Source: Myxococcales bacterium (GTDB lineage Bacteria; Myxococcota_A; UBA9042). Taken from it: a stretch of DNA of 64,000 nucleotides. The position numbers and the translations under genes were made by a program. This document shows positions 56,939 through 64,000 of this stretch, piece after piece. The notes beneath the pieces were generated by a model that worked only from the letters and a program-made list of their open reading frames with translations, was not told the origin of the DNA and did not search any database. The stretch spans positions 47,192-111,191 of the forward strand of contig JBBISH010000003.1 in the NCBI GenBank assembly GCA_037441385.1. The letters are read 5' to 3'. Each line of letters begins with the position of its first letter. Position 1 is the stretch's first letter.

Positions 56939-57937
56939 TTAGTACGGACGGTAGCCCGGTGCATAGCCTGGGGGATAGGTGCCTGGGGGATAGGTGCCCG
57001 GGGGATAGGCGCCCGGCGGATAGGCGCCCGGCGGATAGGCGCCCGGCGGTGGATAGGGAGGAGGAGGGGGCGCTGGGCGAAAACTGCGACTTTTCAGCAT
57101 GTCCCAGCTTGGCCACGTGATCGATAGGCCGATCAGGCCCATGACCGGCGGCAGGTTGAATTGGGCCGAAAGCGTGCCCTTCTGGTTTTGCTGCACGACA
57201 AAGTTGGCGTCGCTGAGGACATGGAAGTCCTTGCTCGTCACGCGCCCTTGCGAATCGTAGCCGCCTTGCGTCGCGGTGATCACCAGGTCTTCGGATCGCG
57301 AGCTGCCCTGCGTCAGGCGCGCCGACACCTGGACAAAGGCGTGCGCCCACCAGGCCAAGGTGTATTCCGCGCCGCCGGTCAAGTACCAACCGGTGCGACT
57401 CTCTTTGGAGGTGTACTTGACCGCGTCGCCGTTCTGGATGATGGCGTTGCCGATGCTCACCGGGTCCTGGATCGCCAGCTTGTAGTTGGCCTCTACCTTG
57501 GCGTCTAGATTGAGCCAGCTGATGCCCGCCAACGCGCGCAGACGGCCGTCGCCGCTGGCCAGCGGGTGCTTGTACAGCGCGTCGACTTGCAGCATGTCCA
57601 GGTTGGCTTCGCTGGACAGACCCGGCGCAACCACAAGCCGTGCAAAGGGGAAATCGAGCCCCAGCGGAATCTGCGTCATGCTACCCGTGGGACCGACCTT
57701 GCCGCTTTGCGGGGCCAGTTTGACCGGCAGCGTGAAGGCCTTGCCGGACCAACCCGGCGGGCTCGTCGCGACCATGTCGACGCCAGAAAACGTATACGCG
57801 CCGTCCACTTTGGGGGTCATGACGGTCTGCTGTACGCCCACGCTGCAGCCAGCAACGGCCGCTGCGACGAGCAGGGCGGTACTGGCCCTGACCAGACTGC
57901 GCCGCATTCCGATTGCGCCTGCCACGCCGGTCGGCAT
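56939..57937 (-). CDS. Lipoprotein with C-terminal tandem Y-P-P-G repeats
   Basis: Lipobox VAGC. Beta-rich body, then C-terminus …PPPPPYPPPGAYPPGAYPPGAYPPGTYPPGTYPPGYAPGYRPY. Confidence 0.55.
   Translation of the reverse strand: MPTGVAGAIGMRRSLVRASTALLVAAAVAGCSVGVQQTVMTPKVDGAYTFSGVDMVATSPPGWSGKAFTLPVKLAPQSGKVGPTGSMTQIPLGLDFPFARLVVAPGLSSEANLDMLQVDALYKHPLASGDGRLRALAGISWLNLDAKVEANYKLAIQDPVSIGNAIIQNGDAVKYTSKESRTGWYLTGGAEYTLAWWAHAFVQVSARLTQGSSRSEDLVITATQGGYDSQGRVTSKDFHVLSDANFVVQQNQKGTLSAQFNLPPVMGLIGLSITWPSWDMLKSRSFRPAPPPPPYPPPGAYPPGAYPPGAYPPGTYPPGTYPPGYAPGYRPY
56965..57050. repeat. Tandem 15-nt DNA repeat (GGATAGGTGCCTGGG-like ×5-6) encoding the YPPGA repeats
   Basis: Seen directly; coding on the minus strand. 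Confidence 0.6.
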
Positions 57938-57938
57938 C

Positions 57939-58622
57939 TCAGACCTCGTCCAAAGAGTGGATCAGACGGGGACCGCGATCGACCGGTGCGGGCGCCGCGG
58001 CGTCGCCGCTACCGCCGGTCAGCTGCGCGTATTCCCAGATCATGTCGTTCAGAAGCGCAACGGCTTCGCTGGGATCCACCGCTTCGGCCGGCATGCGCCG
58101 GCACAGGACCACGGCGACCTCGTCTTCGTTGATCGGCAGCAAGCCCAGCGAGCAAGTCATCAGGCGCGGGTTCAGGGCAAACAGCGAAACCCCGCCGTCG
58201 GCCGCCGCAGCCTCTTCCCAGGGCCCCACGATGACGGCGCACAACAGCGCAACCCCCACTGCTGCATCGGGCTCTAGGACCAGAATGCACGTGGCTTCGT
58301 GGCCGGGGTGGACAAACGACAGTGCTACGGCGTCGGTGGCGGCGTCCAGGTCGACGGCGACGTCTGGAATCGCAGCCTCTACGGCCTGCTGCAGGCGCTC
58401 GCCTAGTTGCTGCAAGTTGAACACGAACGTCACCGCGCGGGCGCTGGCCCAGGCGCAGGGTACGGGGTTGCCGGGCACGAGACAAGTCCGGCGCCGCTGT
58501 GCGAGTTGAAGGTTTTGCGGCAGCGTCGCATGATCGCGGCGGCCGTGAATCGAATGCGCTGCGTCGGCGTAGAAGGGCCAGCGGCGTTGCGCGCCCAGCC
58601 GATCGCGATCAGGGGGTTCCAT
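57939..58622 (-). CDS. Hypothetical protein, possibly YbjN-like; first gene of the glgP/GMC operon
   Basis: Start MEPPDRDRLG; no catalytic motif. 1-nt gap to the downstream lipoprotein gene. Its start overlaps the divergent + strand start at 58621 by 2 nt, so one of the two starts may be wrong. Confidence 0.35.
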   Translation of the reverse strand: MEPPDRDRLGAQRRWPFYADAAHSIHGRRDHATLPQNLQLAQRRRTCLVPGNPVPCAWASARAVTFVFNLQQLGERLQQAVEAAIPDVAVDLDAATDAVALSFVHPGHEATCILVLEPDAAVGVALLCAVIVGPWEEAAAADGGVSLFALNPRLMTCSLGLLPINEDEVAVVLCRRMPAEAVDPSEAVALLNDMIWEYAQLTGGSGDAAAPAPVDRGPRLIHSLDEV

Positions 58623-59631
58623 GCAGGGTATCGGTGCAGCGATCGCAAAGAAGGGTTGGCGGCTCGGCCCGACCGTCGCAGCACTGGCGGCACTGCTCAC
58701 GCTCGCCAGTTGCGGAACCAGCACCGTGAGCATGATGGCCGTGCGGCCCGCCATCCTGAACGCGCAGGCGTACGGCGGCACCGTCAGCGTCGCGGGCTTT
58801 GCGCCGGCCCACCCGGACTATGCACTCATTTCCGGGCAGTTCCGCAACGAAGTCGCCGAACGGATCGCCGGCGGCGTGGGCGGAACGGTCCGGCTCTTGG
58901 AGTACGGCGGCGGCCTGGTGATCAGCGGCCGGGTCGAGGCGTATACCGCGCAGCTGCACGCCCACGAGCGCCTGACGACCTGCACCGACAGCGTCAGCGT
59001 GGACGGCGGAAAATCGAGCGCAACCAAGAATATCGAGCGCCCATGCGCTTGGCGCTGGCTCGACTGGCAATGCAGGGTGGTGGTCACGGCCCAGGTCACC
59101 GATCCGTCAGGCCGCGTGCTGATCATCCGGCCGATTTCGTACGAACGCAGCGGCAGCACGACCCAAGTGCGCGACGCAGCCCCAGTACCCCCCAACTTGC
59201 ACCCGATCCTGCAGGAATTGCGCTTGCGTGCCGCCGAAGAGGTGGCCTGGTTGGTCACGCCGCACCACGAGCGGGTCAACGCCGTCTTCTACGACTGCCA
59301 GAAGCCCGCCACGGCTGCGTGCGAATTCGGCGTCAAGCGCATGGCCGAGGCCCGCTACGACGAGGCGGTGGCTGCCTTTACAGACGCCCTGGCACAGCTG
59401 GAGCGGGCGGGCGCTTCGGCGGCGGATCGCGCCAAAGTGCTATGGAACCGGGCGATTGTGCTGCAATTCTCGCGACGCTTCGACGAGGCAGTCGCGGACC
59501 TGCAAGCCGCCCATCGGCTGGATCCGCAGGACGAATACCGCGATCAAATCGCCGTGGTCGAGCGCGAGCGCGCCGCCCACCAACAGCTTCTGGAACAGGG
59601 TCTGGGGCCACAGCCGCAGGCACCAAAGTAG
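58621..59631 (+). CDS. Lipoprotein with C-terminal TPR-like helical region
   Basis: Signal peptide with lipobox LASC. C-terminal …ARYDEAVAAFTDALAQ…NRAIVLQFSRRFDEAVADLQAAHRLDP… is TPR-like. Confidence 0.5.
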   Translation: MQGIGAAIAKKGWRLGPTVAALAALLTLASCGTSTVSMMAVRPAILNAQAYGGTVSVAGFAPAHPDYALISGQFRNEVAERIAGGVGGTVRLLEYGGGLVISGRVEAYTAQLHAHERLTTCTDSVSVDGGKSSATKNIERPCAWRWLDWQCRVVVTAQVTDPSGRVLIIRPISYERSGSTTQVRDAAPVPPNLHPILQELRLRAAEEVAWLVTPHHERVNAVFYDCQKPATAACEFGVKRMAEARYDEAVAAFTDALAQLERAGASAADRAKVLWNRAIVLQFSRRFDEAVADLQAAHRLDPQDEYRDQIAVVERERAAHQQLLEQGLGPQPQAPK

Positions 59632-59635
59632 GCGT

Positions 59636-61006
59636 ATGAACGAAGCAATCGTCTCGCACGACGGACCAGGTCACGCCTGGCTGGCCAGCTTGGGCCGCCG
59701 CGGCATGGAGCTTGGTCTGCAGCGCATCCAGACCCTGCTGCAGCGCTTGGGCGCGCCGCAACAGGCTTTTGCAGTCGTCGCGGTGGCCGGCACGGACGGC
59801 AAGGGTTCCACGTCGGCGATGTTGGCGAGCCTGTTGCAAGCGGCCGAGTTGAAGGTAGGGCACTACACCTCGCCGCACCTGCTCGAGACACGCGAACGCG
59901 TGGCGGTGAACGGAGTTGCAACGACGGCCGAAGCGCTGGATCGAGCGCTTGCGCAGGTGCAGGGCGCGTGCCACACCGATCTCGATCCCACGCCCTTCGA
60001 AGCGCTGACTGCGGCCGCCCTGCTGATCTTTGCTTCCGATCACGTCGACGTGGCCGTGCTCGAAGTGGGCCTGGGCGGCCGCCTGGACGCGGTGAACGCC
60101 ACCGAGCCGGTGGTGAGCGTGATCACCCACTTGGACTACGACCACGTGGCGGTGTTGGGGCACAGCCTGCAGCAAATCGCCTGGGAAAAGGCGGCGATCG
60201 CTCGCGACGGCCGAGCGCTGGTGTGCGCCCAACCGGGCCTGATCAAGCCGGCTCTGCGCAAGCACGGACTGGTGCCGCGCCTGCTGACCTTGGGCCACGA
60301 CATCGTGGTGCAGCAACCCGGCGACTTGCATCGGCAATGGCTCTCGCGGGCGCAACTGGCTGGCCCCGCCCTGGGCGACTCGCTGCCGATCGAGCTGAGC
60401 CTGCCAGGCGCACATCAGCTGGACAATGCCGCCCTGGCCGCCCTGGCCTACCTGGCCTTTGCCGAATGGTGGCTGGGTATGCACAGCAAGTCCTTGCCGC
60501 CGCTCGACGAAGTGACGCCGGCCCTGGCCGAGGTGGCCTGGCCGCTGCGGGCCGAGATCTTGGGCACCGAGCCGCTGGTGGTGGCCGACGCCGCGCACAA
60601 TCCCTCTGGGATCGCGGCCTTTGCCGAGTGGCTGGGCGCGCGCGGCCGCGGTTGGCAGATCATGTTGGCGGTCCGCAATGATCGCGACGCCGAGCAGCTG
60701 CTGCGGCACTTGGCGCCGGTCACCGCATGTTTCTGGTTGCCAAGGTGTACGGGCACCACGCTGCGAACCGCCGAGGAACTGGCCGAATTGGTGGATCGCG
60801 TGGCGCCGGCCTGTGCGGTCGCGGTAGGATCGGCCCACAAGTGCTTGGAACAGGCCCGCCGCGAGGTGGGCAAAGGACCGGGGGTGGCCATCACCGGCAG
60901 CCAGCACGCCCTGGGCGAGTGGCTCAAGACCGGGGTGCTGGCCAGCCCGCAACTGAATCGCCGGTTGGCCTTGGCCAAGGAGCCGGCAATAAAATCGGCA
61001 GGTTAG
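59636..61006 (+). CDS. folC: Bifunctional folylpolyglutamate synthase/dihydrofolate synthase (Mur ligase family)
   Basis: P-loop-like VAGTDGKGST and …TSPHL…ER…; Mur ligase middle and C-terminal domains. Confidence 0.9.
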   Translation: MNEAIVSHDGPGHAWLASLGRRGMELGLQRIQTLLQRLGAPQQAFAVVAVAGTDGKGSTSAMLASLLQAAELKVGHYTSPHLLETRERVAVNGVATTAEALDRALAQVQGACHTDLDPTPFEALTAAALLIFASDHVDVAVLEVGLGGRLDAVNATEPVVSVITHLDYDHVAVLGHSLQQIAWEKAAIARDGRALVCAQPGLIKPALRKHGLVPRLLTLGHDIVVQQPGDLHRQWLSRAQLAGPALGDSLPIELSLPGAHQLDNAALAALAYLAFAEWWLGMHSKSLPPLDEVTPALAEVAWPLRAEILGTEPLVVADAAHNPSGIAAFAEWLGARGRGWQIMLAVRNDRDAEQLLRHLAPVTACFWLPRCTGTTLRTAEELAELVDRVAPACAVAVGSAHKCLEQARREVGKGPGVAITGSQHALGEWLKTGVLASPQLNRRLALAKEPAIKSAG

Positions 61007-61104
61007 TAGGGCGGCGCGGTGCCTACCCCTACCTACCGCGCGAGCGACCCTGGGCGGAGGGTCGGAGCCTCGCAGACGGCCGCCCGACGACAGAGGAGTG
61101 ACCC

Positions 61105-61383
61105 ATGCATCTGCTCAAGATCCTCATGACCCTGGCCATCGGTACCGCCCTGGCGCTGCCCGCGTACGCGGACGGCCGTGGCGGCGGCAATCCCAACCCC
61201 GGCGCGGCTCCGGCGGCGGGCGCGGCCCCGGCTCCGGCCAAGGACGCCCGCAGCGGCGGTGGCACGACGGCTCCGGCCGCGGCCAAAGACAGCCGCAAGG
61301 GCGGCGGCGGCGAGATGAAGGAAGGCAAGCCGGCCAAGGTCAAGAAGGAAAAGAAGGCCAAGAAGGCCAAGAAGGCCAAGTAG
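61105..61383 (+). CDS. Small secreted Gly/Ala/Pro-rich protein with poly-Lys C-terminus
   Basis: Signal peptide [22 protein letters not shown]; C-terminus [18 protein letters not shown]. Confidence 0.45.
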   Translation: MHLLKILMTLAIGTALALPAYADGRGGGNPNPGAAPAAGAAPAPAKDARSGGGTTAPAAAKDSRKGGGGEMKEGKPAKVKKEKKAKKAKKAK

Positions 61384-61394
61384 CACCCGCGCCG

Positions 61395-61436
61395 CGATCG
61401 CGACCGGCCGACCGCTTGGCAGGCCGGTCGCGATCG
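61395..61436 (+). terminator. Perfect 15-bp inverted repeat hairpin (CGATCGCGACCGGCC-N12-GGCCGGTCGCGATCG) 12 nt after the stop; no U-tract
   Basis: Seen directly; high-GC terminator-like structure. Confidence 0.4.
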
Positions 61437-61450
61437 GCGAAGCTTGCGGC

Positions 61451-61909
61451 ATGGCGCGCGCGATCATCGGCATAACTCGTCTCCATCCCGGGCGCGACGC
61501 CGATCTGCCGCTGCCGCGCTACATGACGAGCGGTGCCGCCGGCGCCGATGTCGTGGCAGCACTCGACGCCCCAATCACCTTACAACCACTTGAGCGCACA
61601 GCTATTTCGACTGGCCTCGCCCTGGCAATTCCGCCGGGCTTTGAAGTGCAGGTACGTCCGCGATCCGGCCTAGCCCTGAAAAGCGGCCTGACGATTTTGA
61701 ACGCCCCCGGCACGATCGACAGCGACTATCGGGGCGAGTTGCGCATCCTACTCGTGAACCTGGGCCACGAGCCGGCGCAAGTGGCCCGCGGCGATCGCAT
61801 TGCCCAGTTGGTGATGGCAAAAGTGGAACAGGCCGAGTTTGAGGAAGTTGCCAGCCTCTCTGCCACGGAACGCGGGCAGGGAGGGTTCGGCTCGACGGGG
61901 CAGAAGTGA
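61451..61909 (+). CDS. dut: dUTP diphosphatase
   Basis: dUTPase motifs …[16 protein letters not shown]…, …RSGLALK…, …[11 protein letters not shown]…, …GDRIAQLV…, …[10 protein letters not shown]. Confidence 0.95.
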   Translation: MARAIIGITRLHPGRDADLPLPRYMTSGAAGADVVAALDAPITLQPLERTAISTGLALAIPPGFEVQVRPRSGLALKSGLTILNAPGTIDSDYRGELRILLVNLGHEPAQVARGDRIAQLVMAKVEQAEFEEVASLSATERGQGGFGSTGQK

Positions 61910-64000
61910 TCCAGCATCGCCACACAATTCGGGGTTTGCTGGCCGTGGTCGGGTTGGTGCTGGCTGCGCTCGTCGCGGCCCCGCTGGCCTGGGCCGCCGA
62001 GCCGCCAGCGCCCGTGGAACCGCCCCAACTGGTCAAGCCCGTGGAACCGACGTACCCGGCCGAACTGGCCGGGCGGGGTGTGGCCGGCAACGTTGTCGTC
62101 GAGATCGACATCGACGCGACGGGCGCAGTCGTCGCGGCCAAAGTGGTCGAGTCGGCGGGGCCCGAATTTGACGCGGCGGCCTTGGCCGCGGCCAAACAGC
62201 TGCAGTGGCGGCCGGCCAGCCAGGGTGGCAAGGCCATCCCGGTGCGCATCCGTTATCGATTTGCCTTCCGTCCGCCCGTGCCGGCCGAGCGTCGTGGGCC
62301 GGCCGGGTCACAAGGCCGCTATGATCGGCGCGAGGTGGAAGTAGCGCCCGCGGGCGCGAGCAGCCTGGAGGGCGCCGTGATCGAACGCGGCACCGGGCGC
62401 CCCGTGGTCGCCGCGCCCGTCGCCGTGCCGGCCCTGGGGGTCGAGACCACCACCGACAGCGATGGCCGGTTCCGGTTTGGCCTACTCAAACCGGGCACCT
62501 ACGAGTTGTACCTGCCCGGCACCGACCACAAACCGCTGCGTCAGACCGTCGCCATTGCCGGCAAGGGCACGCTGACGGTGCGGCTCAAGGTCGAACGCCT
62601 CTCGTACACGATCTACCGGGCCACCGCCCAAGCGCCACAAGAGGCCGGCGAGACCTCGCGGCGGAGCCTGGGCGTCGAGGAAATTCAGCGCATTCCCGGC
62701 ACTCAGGGCGACGCGTTCAAAGTGGTGTCGAATTTGCCTGGTGTGGCGCGGCCGGTGGCCGGCTCGGGCTTCTTGGTCGTGCGCGGTTCGGCGCCGCAAG
62801 ACACCTTGATCACGGTCGAAGGCGTCCACATTCCGCTAATTTACCACTTTGGCGGGGTGTACTCGATCCTCAACACCGACCTGCTCGAGAGCATCGACTT
62901 CTACCCCGGCGGCTATCCGGTGCGCTACGGACGGCAGTCCGGCGGCCTGATCAATGCCCGGCTGGCGACCCCGCGCGAGCTGGACGGCTGGCACGGTTAT
63001 GCCGAGGCCAACGTCTTTCACGCCGGCTTCCTGCTCAAGGGCCCGCTCGGCAAGGACACCCAGCTGACGCTGGCGGCACGGCGCTCGTACATCGATGCGT
63101 TCTTGAGCTTGGAGCCCATCGCCAAGCTGCTGCCCCTGACGCTGGCGCCGCGCTACTACGACTATCAAGCCAAGCTGGACCATACGTTTTCCGAGCGGAC
63201 CTCGGCGACGATGTTCTGGTTCGGCAGCGACGACAGCCTGACCGCCGTGCTGGCCAACCCACCGGCCGCCTTCCCGCAAGCGCGCGGCGACATCGAGACC
63301 CGCACCTCGTTCCACACCCTGCTGGGGATCCTGCGCCACCGCGGCGACGGCTGGACCTCGACCACCACGCTGGCCGGGACCTTGGGCACAGGCAACGCCA
63401 ACTTTGCCGATCTGTTCCGATTTGACCTGTTCAATCGCGAATACACCCTGCGCCAGGACTTCACGGTTGGCGACGGCCCGGTCCAGCTTCGGCCCGGCTT
63501 GGACATCCTGTGCAACCCCTTCAGCATCGAAGTCTATGCACCGCCCATCCCGGGCACCGGCGAGCGAGGCACCGGCGGCGGTGGCCCCGGGGGGATCCCG
63601 CGCAGCATTCTGGCCAAACAAGAAGGTATCCTGATCGCGCCGTCTGCGTACTTCGACAGTGTTTTCAAGCTGCGGCCGGGGTTGGAGGTGGTGCCGGGCC
63701 TGCGACTGGACCTCTTCCGCGGACTCTCGGGCGGCGAGGGCCTGACCCCGCGCCTGAACACCCGCTGGACGGCAATGCCGGGGCTGACGCTCAAGCTGGC
63801 GTCGGGGATGGCGCTGCAGCGGCCGCAGCCCCAGGAGCTGAGTGATCGCTTTGGCAATCCGAACTTGCAGCCCTTCCGCAGCTACGAGACCGCGGGCGGA
63901 GCCGAGTGGAAGGTCAGCGAAGCCGTGGACCTGGACGTGCAGGTGTTCCGCAAAGATCTTCGCGATTTGGTCATCTACCCCAAGGGCGTGGTCGCCCAGA
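61906..64000 (+). CDS. TonB-dependent receptor with N-terminal TonB C-terminal-like domain and carboxypeptidase-regulatory-like domain (3'-partial)
   Basis: Not in the ORF track because there is no stop in the window. Manual translation from GTG 61906 (GTGA overlap with the dut stop) is stop-free to the window end. It gives a signal peptide, a TonB_C-like segment (…[57 protein letters not shown]…GKAIPV…), a CarbopepD_reg-like segment (…[21 protein letters not shown]…) and a plug (…[21 protein letters not shown]…). Confidence 0.75.
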   Translation, partial: MIQHRHTIRGLLAVVGLVLAALVAAPLAWAAEPPAPVEPPQLVKPVEPTYPAELAGRGVAGNVVVEIDIDATGAVVAAKVVESAGPEFDAAALAAAKQLQWRPASQGGKAIPVRIRYRFAFRPPVPAERRGPAGSQGRYDRREVEVAPAGASSLEGAVIERGTGRPVVAAPVAVPALGVETTTDSDGRFRFGLLKPGTYELYLPGTDHKPLRQTVAIAGKGTLTVRLKVERLSYTIYRATAQAPQEAGETSRRSLGVEEIQRIPGTQGDAFKVVSNLPGVARPVAGSGFLVVRGSAPQDTLITVEGVHIPLIYHFGGVYSILNTDLLESIDFYPGGYPVRYGRQSGGLINARLATPRELDGWHGYAEANVFHAGFLLKGPLGKDTQLTLAARRSYIDAFLSLEPIAKLLPLTLAPRYYDYQAKLDHTFSERTSATMFWFGSDDSLTAVLANPPAAFPQARGDIETRTSFHTLLGILRHRGDGWTSTTTLAGTLGTGNANFADLFRFDLFNREYTLRQDFTVGDGPVQLRPGLDILCNPFSIEVYAPPIPGTGERGTGGGGPGGIPRSILAKQEGILIAPSAYFDSVFKLRPGLEVVPGLRLDLFRGLSGGEGLTPRLNTRWTAMPGLTLKLASGMALQRPQPQELSDRFGNPNLQPFRSYETAGGAEWKVSEAVDLDVQVFRKDLRDLVIYPKGVVAQ

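Noticed and set aside
58620-58622. Overlapping divergent start codons (58621 + and 58622 -)
   Set aside because: This is not treated as a feature. One of the two starts is probably mis-assigned; the minus-strand hypothetical gene is the weaker call.
1-64000. CRISPR arrays, rRNA and tRNA genes, IS transposases
   Set aside because: No spacer-repeat architecture was seen. All tandem DNA repeats (2590-2760, 6030-6056, 51535-51640, 56965-57050, 61321-61380) are short-period and lie inside coding low-complexity regions, except the 6030-6056 repeat, which is intergenic. No T-psi-C-like GGTTCGAATCC motifs or lower-GC 75-nt islands characteristic of tRNAs were found. No transposase-like ORFs were found.

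Overview
This is a very GC-rich (about 70% by eye, not computed), gene-dense bacterial chromosomal window that I could annotate almost completely. The gene content suggests a Myxococcota-type organism; this is inference from content and not from any search: many lipoproteins and TPR proteins, a type IV pilus minor-pilin/PilY1 cluster, a DUF4339 protein, a TonB-C::TonB-dependent receptor fusion, DUF58-transglutaminase, and start/stop overlaps of the ATGA/GTGA type.

Housekeeping genes include pheS-pheT, rho, lysA, a cysteine desulfurase followed by mnmA-rnc, tatA, folC, dut, a MetB/MetC-family PLP enzyme, a GalE-like epimerase, an alpha-glucan phosphorylase and a GMC oxidoreductase. Interspersed are accessory or poorly characterised loci:
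- fimT-pilV-pilW-pilX-pilY1(VWA) plus a small downstream lipoprotein (31476-38936, minus strand).
- A DUF58-TgpA-MBL hydrolase operon without an adjacent MoxR ATPase.
- A GT4 / alpha-beta hydrolase / GT4 / Trm112-like cluster downstream of pheST.
- A monocistronic homologue of the archaeal chromatin protein MC1 with its own intrinsic terminator (46693-46965).
- An AT-rich island between MC1 and an slt-like gene, where a sigma70-like -35 box is followed by a perfect hairpin plus T6. This suggests a roughly 100-nt sRNA or attenuated leader.
- Two diverged copies of a roughly 135-nt element bracketing the DUF4339 gene, with an identical 26-nt core, an operator-like palindrome and a long-range inverted repeat.
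- Two paralogous lipoproteins built from a thrice-repeated uncharacterised module.

No rRNA, tRNA, CRISPR array or transposase was seen. All tandem DNA repeats fall inside coding low-complexity regions. Many long ORFs in the six-frame track are antisense or GC-driven artefacts and were rejected. Gene starts were derived from ORF-track coordinates plus residue offsets, and intergenic coordinates were read by eye, so they may be off by 1-2 nt. All functional calls rest on motif recognition from memory; no database search was run.
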